This document shows, piece after piece, positions 21,498-30,820 of a DNA stretch of 64,000 nucleotides. How positions within the stretch are numbered: position 1 is the first letter of the stretch; each line of letters starts with the position of its first letter. The notes under the pieces are model-generated. The model saw only the letters and a program-made list of their open reading frames with translations. It was not told the origin of the DNA and ran no database searches. Both the position numbers and the translations under genes were made by a program. The stretch is from the NCBI GenBank assembly GCA_034439575.1, contig JAWXAQ010000029.1:1-64000 (forward strand), in the 5' to 3' direction. The stretch comes from Leptospira sp. Its GTDB lineage: Bacteria > Spirochaetota > Leptospiria > Leptospirales > Leptospiraceae.

Positions 21498-22523
21498 ATG
21501 TGGGTCGCCGTAGACGCGATGAGCGGAGATTACGGCCCGGAATGTATTGTTGAAGGAGCTGTCCTCGCTGTCCGGGAATACGGCCTTTCTGTTTCCTTAG
21601 TTGGAGACGAACAAGAACTTCTTGACCTACTTTTAAAATTTGACTATGACACGGAAAAAATTCGTGTTATACACTCTACAGAAATTATCGGAATGAACGA
21701 CTCTCCTTCCATTGCAGTTCGTGCAATGGAAGATTCTTCTGTTGTTCGTGCTGTACGTCTTGTAGCTGAAAAAGAATGTATTGGCGTCTTTTCACCAGGT
21801 AACACGGGTGCTACGATGGCGGCGGCACTTTTACATCTCGGTCGTATACCGGGTGTTTTGCGCCCACCAATTGCAGCTCCCATACCGCGTGAAGAAGGTT
21901 TACCTGCCTTATTACTCGATGCTGGTGCCAATGTTGATTGTAAACCTGAGTATCTAGCTCAGTTTGCTATCATGGGTGAAATTTATTCACGCGAAGTGAT
22001 CGGTATCAAAAAACCCAAGGTCGGCATCCTTTCCATTGGGGAAGAAGACAAAAAGGGCAATGGTGCTACAATCAAGGCATTTGAAATATTAAAAAAAATC
22101 CCATTCAATTTTATCGGCAATGTGGAAGGTCGTGATCTTTACGGTAGCGGCCGTGAGGTGGATGTCGTTGTCTGTGACGGATTCACTGGAAATATAGTTT
22201 TAAAAGCCACAGAAGGTTTAGCAAAATCAATATTCAATGTACTTAAAAATTCCATTCGACTCTCAAGCCTTGCCCAAACAGGAGCACTACTATTAAAATC
22301 TACTTTTACTGCTGTCAAAAAACGATTGGACTATGCTGAGTATGGCGGTGCACTATTGTTAGGTGTGGAAGGCATTTGTATGATTGGTCATGGATCATCA
22401 AACGCATTGGCTGTCAAAAATGCTGTGCGAGTTATCAACGAATGTGCTAAACATGGCATCAATGAACAAATTGCTAAAAAGATAGCAGAATTTCGCACTC
22501 TAATGGGTGAGAACAATCATTAA
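21498..22523 (+). CDS. plsX: Phosphate acyltransferase PlsX
   Basis: [32 protein letters not shown]. Confidence 0.97.
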   Translation: MWVAVDAMSGDYGPECIVEGAVLAVREYGLSVSLVGDEQELLDLLLKFDYDTEKIRVIHSTEIIGMNDSPSIAVRAMEDSSVVRAVRLVAEKECIGVFSPGNTGATMAAALLHLGRIPGVLRPPIAAPIPREEGLPALLLDAGANVDCKPEYLAQFAIMGEIYSREVIGIKKPKVGILSIGEEDKKGNGATIKAFEILKKIPFNFIGNVEGRDLYGSGREVDVVVCDGFTGNIVLKATEGLAKSIFNVLKNSIRLSSLAQTGALLLKSTFTAVKKRLDYAEYGGALLLGVEGICMIGHGSSNALAVKNAVRVINECAKHGINEQIAKKIAEFRTLMGENNH

Positions 22524-22573
22524 CATACGGATTCATTTTTAGAATAGTTTTATTAATATATTAGGAGAAATCA

Positions 22574-23335
22574 ATGATCAATTTAAACGGAAAAGTAGCA
22601 ATCGTAACTGGCGGTGCCAGAGGTATAGGAAAGGCCACATGCTTTAAGTTAGCTTCTCTCGGTGCTTCCATCGTAGTTGCGGATATGAATCCAGAAACAA
22701 CAAATGCCACAGTTGAAGAATTAAAATCAAAAGGTTACAAAGCGATCGGTGTACTGGGAAATATTTCCCTTGAAGCAGATGCACAAACTCTAGTCGACAC
22801 AGCTAAAAAAGAATTTGGATCTGTAGATATTGTTGTTAATAATGCTGGAATCACCAAAGATACTTTGCTTATGCGTATGAAAAAAGAGCAGTGGGATGCT
22901 GTCATAGCTGTGAATCTAACAGGAACTTATCTTGTCACACAAGCTGCCATCAAAGTGATGATGAAACAAGATAATGGCGGTTCTATCATCAATCTATCAT
23001 CTATTTCTGGTGAAAATGGAAATATCGGCCAGACAAACTATTCGGCATCCAAAGCTGGTGTGATTGGATTCACTAAAGCTGTCGCTTTAGAGATGGCATC
23101 TCGTAAAGTTAGATGCAATGCGATTGCCCCAGGTTTTATCGCAACTGAAATGACAGAAGCGATTCCAGAAAATATCAAAGCTGGTATGGTGGCAGCTATT
23201 CCTTTGAAACGAGCTGGTTTGCCAGAAGATATCGCCAATGGTATCGCATTTCTTGCTTCTGATGCCGCAAGTTTCATCACAGGACACGTGTTAGATATCA
23301 ATGGCGGTGGATTTTTACCAGGTGGCGGTCATTAG
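22574..23335 (+). CDS. fabG: 3-oxoacyl-ACP reductase (SDR)
   Basis: TGGARGIG, NNAGIT, YSASKAG. Lies after plsX. Confidence 0.92.
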   Translation: MINLNGKVAIVTGGARGIGKATCFKLASLGASIVVADMNPETTNATVEELKSKGYKAIGVLGNISLEADAQTLVDTAKKEFGSVDIVVNNAGITKDTLLMRMKKEQWDAVIAVNLTGTYLVTQAAIKVMMKQDNGGSIINLSSISGENGNIGQTNYSASKAGVIGFTKAVALEMASRKVRCNAIAPGFIATEMTEAIPENIKAGMVAAIPLKRAGLPEDIANGIAFLASDAASFITGHVLDINGGGFLPGGGH

Positions 23336-23366
23336 AACTTTCCTTACATTTTAGTTTTCACACCTT

Positions 23367-23412
23367 ACCCGTATCGCTTTCCTTCGGATAGCATACGGGT
23401 TTAATTTTCTTT
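23367..23412 (+). terminator. Intrinsic terminator after fabG
   Basis: ACCCGTAT...ATACGGGT stem with inner GCT/AGC and TCC/GGA pairs, followed by a T-rich tract. Confidence 0.8.
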
Positions 23413-23672
23413 ACCTTTTTTGCCTTCCATCCTTAAATTAAATTTAAAATTAAAATCCGTTCGAAACCAAAAATTTGAATCTAATTATAATTCTCTTTGG
23501 CTTTATGAATCACATTTGCATATTCTAAGATTCAAATCATCGGTATTGGAATATGATAACAAAAGGATGATTCGCAAATGAATTGAACTATTAATTTGCT
23601 TGATAATAAATACATAAGTTACTAGAATCTGGATTCTTAATATCTGATTCAAAAAGTATTAAATACACACAT

Positions 23673-25304
23673 ATGTCTAAACTTATATTGATTCTAATTT
23701 TTATACATTCAGTGGATATATATGCTAAGGGCAATGTTTTGAAATCTGATCTGTGTTCAGAATCTATGCCATTATCGTCGTACATTGGAAATTCAAAAAA
23801 GACCATCCTTAGTGTAGAAGACAAGATGCATGAATTTACTATGGAATCTTTTGCTAAAAACGAATCTGTTTGGAATCAAGTTTCTTTGCCACTACAACTT
23901 GGTTTTTCAGAATCAACTCATTGGGTATGTCTCAATTTTTTTAATGATACAAACTTAGAATCATATTATTTGGAAAATACTGTTCCCTATGTGGATCATG
24001 TAGAAATTTTTCAATTTTTAGATAATCAATTAGTTTTTCAAGAAATTGATGGGGATAAATATCCTCTTCGCAATTCTCCATTTTCCCATTATCCAAATCC
24101 ATTGTTTCAGATAAATATTCCTAAAACAAAATATACGAAAATACTTATTAAATATTCATCTGAATCTAGTTTGTTCATTGATCCTATCATTTTGTCCGAG
24201 AATGAGTTGCATCATCGAATCGTATCTTCCTATGGGAGATTCTATGGGTTTTTCGGGATTATAGTGCTGATTCTATTCTTGAATATTGTGTTATTCATCA
24301 GAACTCGAAATACTAGTTTTTTTTATTATGCGATTTATGTATTTTTTACTGCTTTCTATCAATTTGCTTATTTTGGCTTAGCAAAAGTTTATTTTTGGCC
24401 ACACTTTGGATATTGGAATAATCATAGTCTTGTATTTTTTGGATCTTGTGCGTTTTTAGGTGTTATTCTTTTCTCCATCCGGTTTCTCGGCATACCTAAA
24501 CGTACTAAATATATTTTTCCCATCATTTTGGTTTTATTTACGCTTATTTTATTAAACGCAGTCAGTAGTCTCTTCCTTTCCCTGCAACGTTCAGATATGT
24601 TCGCTCATTTATTAGGTGGCATAACATCTTTTATATTGCTCGGTACGGGAATTTATATTTGGAAAAAAGGTTTAAAAATTGCCCGATTTTATATTTTAGC
24701 ATGGATCGCTCTTCTCATCAGTATTGTGTTATTTGATTTGTTTGCATTGGGATATTTAACTGATTCGCCATTGGCTCGATTTTCGGTGAACATTGGAACT
24801 ATGATTGAAATGTTTTTATTTAACTTCGCAATCATTGATCGAATCCAAGAACTGAACGAAACCAGATTGAGCAAATTGTACAATGATGAAATTGATAAAT
24901 TTCCAGAATCAAATATAGAACAAAAAAAATCGACAAGGCTCTTGAATTTAAATTCCGAAACCGTTTTAGATAAAATGAAGAATTTACTTGAAGTCGAAAA
25001 ATTATATTGTGATGAAGATTTGAGCCTTAGTCGACTCGCAGAGATTTTAGAAATTCGTCCAGACCAGCTTTCTGAACTTATCAATGAAAAGTTACATTCA
25101 AATTTTTCTGCCTATATCAATCAATACCGTATCAACGAGGCAAAAGCCTTACTTTTGTCAGAACCAGATAGAAGTGTGCTTTCTATTGCCTTTGCCGTCG
25201 GATTCAATACAAAATCTAGCTTTTACGAGTCCTTTCAAAAGTTTACTGAAATGAACCCGAAGGATTATAGAAAATTTGCCCTGAATAAAAGTTCGGATTC
25301 TTGA
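23673..25304 (+). CDS. 7TM-DISM sensor / AraC-family transcriptional regulator
   Basis: DISMED2-like periplasmic domain (LGFSESTHWV, DGDKYP), seven TMs, C-terminal AraC HTH (LSLSRLAE...VGFNTKSSFYESFQKFTEMNPKDYR). Confidence 0.9.
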   Translation: MSKLILILIFIHSVDIYAKGNVLKSDLCSESMPLSSYIGNSKKTILSVEDKMHEFTMESFAKNESVWNQVSLPLQLGFSESTHWVCLNFFNDTNLESYYLENTVPYVDHVEIFQFLDNQLVFQEIDGDKYPLRNSPFSHYPNPLFQINIPKTKYTKILIKYSSESSLFIDPIILSENELHHRIVSSYGRFYGFFGIIVLILFLNIVLFIRTRNTSFFYYAIYVFFTAFYQFAYFGLAKVYFWPHFGYWNNHSLVFFGSCAFLGVILFSIRFLGIPKRTKYIFPIILVLFTLILLNAVSSLFLSLQRSDMFAHLLGGITSFILLGTGIYIWKKGLKIARFYILAWIALLISIVLFDLFALGYLTDSPLARFSVNIGTMIEMFLFNFAIIDRIQELNETRLSKLYNDEIDKFPESNIEQKKSTRLLNLNSETVLDKMKNLLEVEKLYCDEDLSLSRLAEILEIRPDQLSELINEKLHSNFSAYINQYRINEAKALLLSEPDRSVLSIAFAVGFNTKSSFYESFQKFTEMNPKDYRKFALNKSSDS

Positions 25305-25373
25305 TTCCAGGCGAATTGTAAAGAATATAGGCTAATATAGATTCCGACGGGATAAACTTCCGTAGGGATATAT

Positions 25374-26483
25374 ATGAAATTAGATAAATTAAATCAGACA
25401 AAAACTCCTCATACTCGTGGAAGATTGATTTTGCTTTTTGCCATTTTGGGTTTAAGCTTGTTCTGTCAAAAAAAGGACGAAAAAGACCAGGAAGCCCTCG
25501 GTCAATTTCTATTTTGGCAAACGATTCTCGCTCCATCTACTTCCAGCATTCCAGCCAATGCCTCTTGCTTAATCATTGCAAATAGTGCCATTTTGGGCAA
25601 TACGGATTCCACATATGCGACTTGGTCAGGAACTAAGTCTGGCTATATATCTGCGGCCCTAAATACTTCTGGTGGTTATGTTTACGGCCAAGATGGTGTT
25701 TTTGATGGGTCCAATTGGTTTCTTGGCGAAGCAAGTGGGATTGTGAAATCTACAACATCTGGAGCCTGGCAAGTGGTTGTCGGTGGACTCGATTACTTTT
25801 ATGGTATTGCAACTTCGGGCGGTATTACGATCGCAGCAGGTCGGGGTGGATTAGTCTATAAATCCACTGATGGAGAGACAGCTTCTAACATATCGCCCTC
25901 AGGTATTTCGAATAACACTTTAAGTACAGTTGCCGTCGGAAATGGAAGATGGGTCATTGGAGGCAACTTGGCAAGCCAAGCTGCTTTCAATTCTTCCATA
26001 CTTTATTCCTCAAATAATGGAGTTACTTGGACGGCATCCACTAACAACAAAGCAATGGCTGTAGTTAAAATTATATATGCCAATTCTATGTTTGTTGCTG
26101 TGGGAGGATCGGGGATTATTAGTACTTCTACCGATGGTATTACTTGGACCATTCGCACAGCAGAAGATGCTTCAATTAGTCTATTAGATATTGCTTATGG
26201 AAATGGAAAATTCGTTGCTGTTGGAAATTCTTCATCCAGGTCTTATCATTATACATCAACGGACGGTATCACTTGGACAATTGCAAGTCCCGTTTTTCTA
26301 AGAAGTGTGGCCTTTGATTCTGTGAACTCAAAATTTGTCGGTGTTTCTTCCACAAGTTTTAGTGATTCTACATTTAGTCGATTGTCTACATCTACTGATG
26401 GGACCAGTTGGTCTGGTGTGTCTACAAGCTTTGGGACTACTACTAGTTCGAATGTTTATTTAGGAAAAATTCGTTGTAAGTGA
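25374..26483 (+). CDS. Ser/Thr/Gly-rich lipoprotein with Asp-box (BNR-like) beta-propeller repeats
   Basis: Spirochaetal lipobox LSLFC and repeats SNNGVTW, STDGITW (twice), STDGTSW. Confidence 0.75.
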   Translation: MKLDKLNQTKTPHTRGRLILLFAILGLSLFCQKKDEKDQEALGQFLFWQTILAPSTSSIPANASCLIIANSAILGNTDSTYATWSGTKSGYISAALNTSGGYVYGQDGVFDGSNWFLGEASGIVKSTTSGAWQVVVGGLDYFYGIATSGGITIAAGRGGLVYKSTDGETASNISPSGISNNTLSTVAVGNGRWVIGGNLASQAAFNSSILYSSNNGVTWTASTNNKAMAVVKIIYANSMFVAVGGSGIISTSTDGITWTIRTAEDASISLLDIAYGNGKFVAVGNSSSRSYHYTSTDGITWTIASPVFLRSVAFDSVNSKFVGVSSTSFSDSTFSRLSTSTDGTSWSGVSTSFGTTTSSNVYLGKIRCK

Positions 26484-26497
26484 TTTATGTTAGGTGT

Positions 26498-26540
26498 AAA
26501 TTTTACTCTTCCGTGTCATCATGCGGAGGAGTAAAATTTT
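26498..26540 (+). terminator. Long hairpin terminator after the lipoprotein gene
   Basis: AAATTTTACTCTTCCGTGT-CATC-ATGCGGAGGAGTAAAATTT inverted repeat with G-U pairs. Confidence 0.75.
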
Positions 26541-26872
26541 ATTCTAATTTTACATTGTTGCATTTATTGAACGATACACATTTCTTTAGGACTGATAGTT
26601 TTGTTGCCTAAACTTTAAATTATTATAAGTATTAAAATATAATAATGAGTCAATATAAAGAAGATGCTGGTCGAGGTCTTCAATGTAAGCATCCAAAGCG
26701 GTGCATAGGCGAATTGGTTTACTTCTTTTTAATTATTTAGTGAACTAATAATATAATCTAAAAGAACCGTGGATTATATGACAAATTAAACCCACCTAGG
26801 ACGCAGATGAAACTTAGAATAAATTACGGCAATTGAGAAACTTTTCTTATATCAACGTATTAGTATCAATTT

Positions 26873-27805
26873 CTAAAGCAAACTTATCGTTCGCATCAAT
26901 TCCTCTGTGTGATTCAATCTCTTGAGCCTAGAAAAATTATTTTGAACTTCATGATATTCTCTGGAAAGATAGTGTAACCACTGTTTTATTCTGCCGGATT
27001 TGTTTTTGATATTCTGATTCTTTGCCATTTGCAAATGAAAATCACTAAGCAATGATTTGATATCAGTTAAGGGTAGCTGGTTATCCCTTTGTCCACGAAT
27101 CATCAAAGCCAATGATGGATTAGAGACTGCCCCCCGCCCAAGCATTATATCTTCACAACCAGAATCGGATTGGCATTTTTTCGCCGATTCTATATCCCAA
27201 ATTTCCCCATTGGCTACAATAGGTATCTTGGTATGCATTTTAATTTTTTGTATCTGATCCCAATAGGCGGGTGGTTTGTATCCATCCACTTTGGTTCTTG
27301 CATGAACAACGATTTCTTCGGCACCACCATCTTGTAGAGCTTGCGCACAATCTAACATAAGTTTTGTATCTTCATATCCAAGTCGCATTTTCGTTGTTAC
27401 AGGGATATTTTTGGGGACAGCACTTCGAACAGCCTGAACTATTTTAAACATTAATTCAGGCTCTTTTAGGAGAGCGGCTCCCCCACGGTTTCGATTCACT
27501 GTCGGGGCGGGACAACCAAAATTAATATCGATACCATACGCACCAAGACTGACAACCTTGGCTGCGTTCTCAGCCATACAAATCGGGTCTGAACCTAATA
27601 TTTGTACACGAACTGGAACGCCCGATGCTGTGCGGCATTGATTATATAATTCAGGGACAACTTGGTAATATCGCCTGGCAGGAAGAAGGGTATTGTTGAT
27701 ACGAATGAATTCACTGACACATAAGTCATAACCACCTACTCTTGTTAGGAGACCTCGCAAGTAGTGATCAAGAAGACCTTCCATGGGTGCCAGAAGTATT
27801 CGCAA
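26873..27805 (-). CDS. dusC: tRNA-dihydrouridine synthase, DusC type
   Basis: LAPMEG, DINFGCPAPTV, VHARTK..GYKPPAYW, ANGEIW, MLGRGA. Confidence 0.88.
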   Translation of the reverse strand: MRILLAPMEGLLDHYLRGLLTRVGGYDLCVSEFIRINNTLLPARRYYQVVPELYNQCRTASGVPVRVQILGSDPICMAENAAKVVSLGAYGIDINFGCPAPTVNRNRGGAALLKEPELMFKIVQAVRSAVPKNIPVTTKMRLGYEDTKLMLDCAQALQDGGAEEIVVHARTKVDGYKPPAYWDQIQKIKMHTKIPIVANGEIWDIESAKKCQSDSGCEDIMLGRGAVSNPSLALMIRGQRDNQLPLTDIKSLLSDFHLQMAKNQNIKNKSGRIKQWLHYLSREYHEVQNNFSRLKRLNHTEELMRTISLL

Positions 27806-27860
27806 GATACAACCATCATTTTTTCTAAACTGATTGAGACTCTATTAATTTTATAAAAAC

Positions 27861-28295
27861 TTATTGTGCTGCTTTTTTTAAAATTAACATTTTGCCAGTG
27901 AAGCTAAGGACAATTTCATTTTTCTGATTCGTAAGTTCGTTTTTTCCAATCACTAAGCCTAAATTTCCTCGGAATGGTCTTTTTTCCAAAATCGTAAATT
28001 TACCAATCAATACGTCATTGGCAAACACAGGTTTTCTCCACTTCAATTCTTCAATGCCAGGTGAACCCATTCCGTGAACAATTCCCGCTAAGACAAATAA
28101 TTTCATATAAATGGCATTTGTCTGCCATCCGGATGCTATGATATCACCATAAATTGATTCCCGAGCAGATAGTTCATCAAAATGAAACGGTTGCGGATCA
28201 TATTTTAAAGCAAATTCAATCATTTCAAATTTATTGATTTGGTAACTTCCTAAGGAAAATATATCGCCAGCAGATAACTCTTCAAAATAAAACAT
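27861..28295 (-). CDS. MaoC-family (hotdog fold) dehydratase
   Basis: YFEEL..GD, FALKYDPQPFHFD, IIASGWQT, WRKPVFANDVL. Confidence 0.88.
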   Translation of the reverse strand: MFYFEELSAGDIFSLGSYQINKFEMIEFALKYDPQPFHFDELSARESIYGDIIASGWQTNAIYMKLFVLAGIVHGMGSPGIEELKWRKPVFANDVLIGKFTILEKRPFRGNLGLVIGKNELTNQKNEIVLSFTGKMLILKKAAQ

Positions 28296-28500
28296 CCAAT
28301 CCCACCATATTTGAATCTACTTAATTTATGATAATTAAGAATAATAACATTGTAATACGTTCATATTGTACACATAAAGAAATTTTTATTCTATATAGAT
28401 CTTAAACTGAGTTTTTAATTCAGGAAATTTATTGGATATCGACTTATTTTCTAATTACGATGGTATATAAATATGGGAAATTCTAGCAAAGTCTAACTTA

Positions 28501-28533
28501 TCATTGGCATAAAACAAATGTTTATACCAATGA
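28501..28533 (-). terminator. Hairpin after the rhodanese pseudogene
   Basis: TCATTGGCATAAAACA..TGTTTATACCAATGA inverted repeat about 20 nt past the stop at 28552. Confidence 0.6.
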
Positions 28534-28551
28534 TGTTCTGATAATTGGTGT

Positions 28552-29364
28552 TTAAAAAGCAGATTTATATGCTTTATCTTCTGTAATAAATTTCTTTGTG
28601 GTGACTGCATTTGGGTCAATTTCTACAGCTTGGATACGACTCGTATCTGCAGCAGTTCCATTGTACCAAAGGATACGTGAAACATTTGCTTCGTCGGTTC
28701 TCCATTTAAATCCAATACTAATTTTGTTAAAGGAAGTAGATGGATGGGTAGCAGTTAAAGAGGTCCATTCCACTAAGGATCCATCATAAAAAACAGTCGG
28801 ATAACCTAAGATGTTCAATGCGGCAAATCCGTTTACTTGCGCTTCAAAATTCGTACGGCATTGAGAAACGACCGTTTTTCCAATCGTATAACCTTTGTTT
28901 GCAAAGATTGTTTTTAATTCTGCTTTTGAAAGAAAACGAAATCCAGTGTCCGATCGCGATCACGATTAAATCTTTTGATGGATTGATACCAAAAGTTTTA
29001 TGCCATTCATCTACAAATATGCCATTGGATTTTCTGCAATAAACGGACGTTTTGTATCCCCAGTGATTCTATTCGCAGAATCTGTTTGCAAAATAATTAA
29101 ATTTCCTGTGATATGACTCGGTCTATTAGTCGTCCAATCACTCACGAAGGATTCTAATTTGCTGCCTTCGATTAATCCCCATTCATTTTTCGTATAATCA
29201 TCATTTGATTCATTCGCCAAAGATTGTGCCGTATTGACATTGAGCTGATTTGCCAAGAGCAAAAGGCCTAAAAATAATCCTTTATCATCACTTTTTTCTT
29301 TTTTGCAATTTGTTCCCGAGAAAATTGCTAACAAAATCAACAGATATATTCCTTTATTTTTCAT
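28552..29364 (-). pseudogene. Tandem-rhodanese (sulfurtransferase) lipoprotein pseudogene
   Basis: Lipoprotein N-terminus (SGTNC), an out-of-frame middle piece (NGIFVDEWHKTFGINPSKDLIVIAIG), and a C-terminal domain with VSQCRTNFEA and YDGSLVEW. The main frame has three stops between 29013 and 28960. Confidence 0.85.
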
Positions 29365-29704
29365 AAAATTAATCCTATTTTTACTATTTTATTTTCTATA
29401 AAAGTGATATAAGTAGCAGATTTTTATACAAAAATACGTTATAACAGAAATTAAAATCAATATAACGGATTAAAATATTGGAAAAATGAAAGTTTATTGA
29501 ACATTCGAAAATGCCTCTAATATATAGGAATTTATTAGAAACTTAGAAATAAATTGAATTCATATATGAATTGAATCGCTTAGTTATCATTATTGCACCT
29601 TCATTGAAGGTATGTTAGCTGGTCGAATCAATCTAAATGCGTACTTCACGAGAAAATATTGTATTTAGACTTGCCAAAAATTTCGACGATTTCATTTTAA
29701 AAAA

Positions 29705-29787
29705 ACGAAAGGGGTGCTATCTAGGTGCACCCGTCGGAAACAATAAACAATTTTTGCCCCACTGTAAACGTTACGGTGGCCTGGAGG
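29705..29787 (+). promoter_or_regulatory. Structured 5' leader and RBS of acpP
   Basis: Hairpins GGGTGC/GCACCC and CCACTGTAA/TTACGGTGG, then GGAGG at 29783. TTGCCA at 29671 is a possible -35. Confidence 0.5.
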
Positions 29788-29792
29788 AACAC

Positions 29793-30026
29793 ATGGCAGA
29801 TTTCGAAAAAATTAAGTCAATCATCGTTGAACAACTTGGTGTTGATGAGTCAGAAGTAAACCCTGAGGCTCATTTCATCAATGACCTCGGTGCAGACTCT
29901 CTTGATACAGTTGAGTTAGTTATGGCTCTTGAAGAAGAGTTTGGTGTGGAGATTTCTGATGAAGACGCAGAAAAAATCCAAACTGTTGGCGATGTAATTA
30001 AATTCATCGATAAACTTAAGGGGTAA
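29793..30026 (+). CDS. acpP: Acyl carrier protein
   Basis: [20 protein letters not shown] phosphopantetheine motif. ATG 29793 after GGAGG. Confidence 0.98.
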   Translation: MADFEKIKSIIVEQLGVDESEVNPEAHFINDLGADSLDTVELVMALEEEFGVEISDEDAEKIQTVGDVIKFIDKLKG

Positions 30027-30041
30027 TTCCCAATCTTTTTA

Positions 30042-30068
30042 CCGAGTTCCCTCCCTGAGGGAACTCGG
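30042..30068 (+). terminator. Perfect 12-bp hairpin between acpP and rnc (terminator or attenuator)
   Basis: CCGAGTTCCCTC-CCT-GAGGGAACTCGG. Confidence 0.7.
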
Positions 30069-30079
30069 AATATTTTCAC

Positions 30080-30820
30080 TTGCCTAATATCAAATCTATC
30101 CTCTCTAATCCTGGGTCTACAGACGACCACAACGAAGCCCTTCAAAAAATCCAAACACTTACCGACACAAAGTTCAAAGACCTCCGTCTATTGAAGCAAG
30201 CCTTTACGCACAGATCGTACTCAAACGAATTGAGCAGATCCTATCAGACAGACAATGAACGTTTAGAATTTTTAGGAGATTCTGTCCTTGGAATTTTAGC
30301 TGCCGAATATTTATATTTATCAATACCGAAAGGCAAAGAAGGAAAACTTGCCAAACTAAAAAGCAAAATCGTATCGATGCCAGCCATTGCCGCCATTGCT
30401 CGCAAATACGAATTTCAAAAATTTTTACTTCTTGGAAAAGGAGAGAAAGAGCAAGGGGAGAACAATACAAATTTACAAGCAGATTGTTTTGAGGCATTTC
30501 TCGGTGCTCTATTTTTGGATCAGGGTCTAGATGCTTGCAGAAAATTTTTAAGATCAAATTTTAAGAAAATGGATCATTTGCTTGAAGAAATTGAAGAGAC
30601 CAAGGATTATAAAACGATACTCCAAGAGTATTGCCAAAAGAAATGGAAAAAAATTCCACAGTATTCATTAAATTCAGAAAAGGGTCCAGATCATGAAAAG
30701 TTTTTTGAAGTAATGGTGAGTCTGGATCAATATTTAAATGCAAATGGAACTGGTAAAAATAAACGTTCAGCAGAACAGTCTGCCGCCAAGCATGCGCTAA
30801 AGTTGTTAAATTTATTATGA
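30080..30820 (+). CDS. rnc: Ribonuclease III
   Basis: NERLEFLGDSVL, ADCFEAFLGA, dsRBD (DYKTILQE...KRSAEQSAA). Confidence 0.97.
   Translation: MPNIKSILSNPGSTDDHNEALQKIQTLTDTKFKDLRLLKQAFTHRSYSNELSRSYQTDNERLEFLGDSVLGILAAEYLYLSIPKGKEGKLAKLKSKIVSMPAIAAIARKYEFQKFLLLGKGEKEQGENNTNLQADCFEAFLGALFLDQGLDACRKFLRSNFKKMDHLLEEIEETKDYKTILQEYCQKKWKKIPQYSLNSEKGPDHEKFFEVMVSLDQYLNANGTGKNKRSAEQSAAKHALKLLNLL

Noticed and set aside
28960-29013. Possible selenocysteine or readthrough recoding in the rhodanese gene
   Set aside because: There are three different stops, and the rhodanese-like sequence lies in another frame, so frameshifts explain it better.
28818-29042. 74-aa plus-strand ORF
   Set aside because: It is the antisense shadow of the rhodanese pseudogene.
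23578-29575. ATGAATTGAA at 23578 and 29566 as possible att or target-site repeats of the insert
   Set aside because: A 10-mer of mostly A/T between two long AT-rich spacers is plausible by chance, and no recombinase is present.
29637-29792. 52-codon in-frame N-terminal extension of acpP (129-aa ORF)
   Set aside because: A strong GGAGG precedes ATG 29793 and gives a canonical 77-aa ACP. The extension overlaps promoter and leader hairpins.
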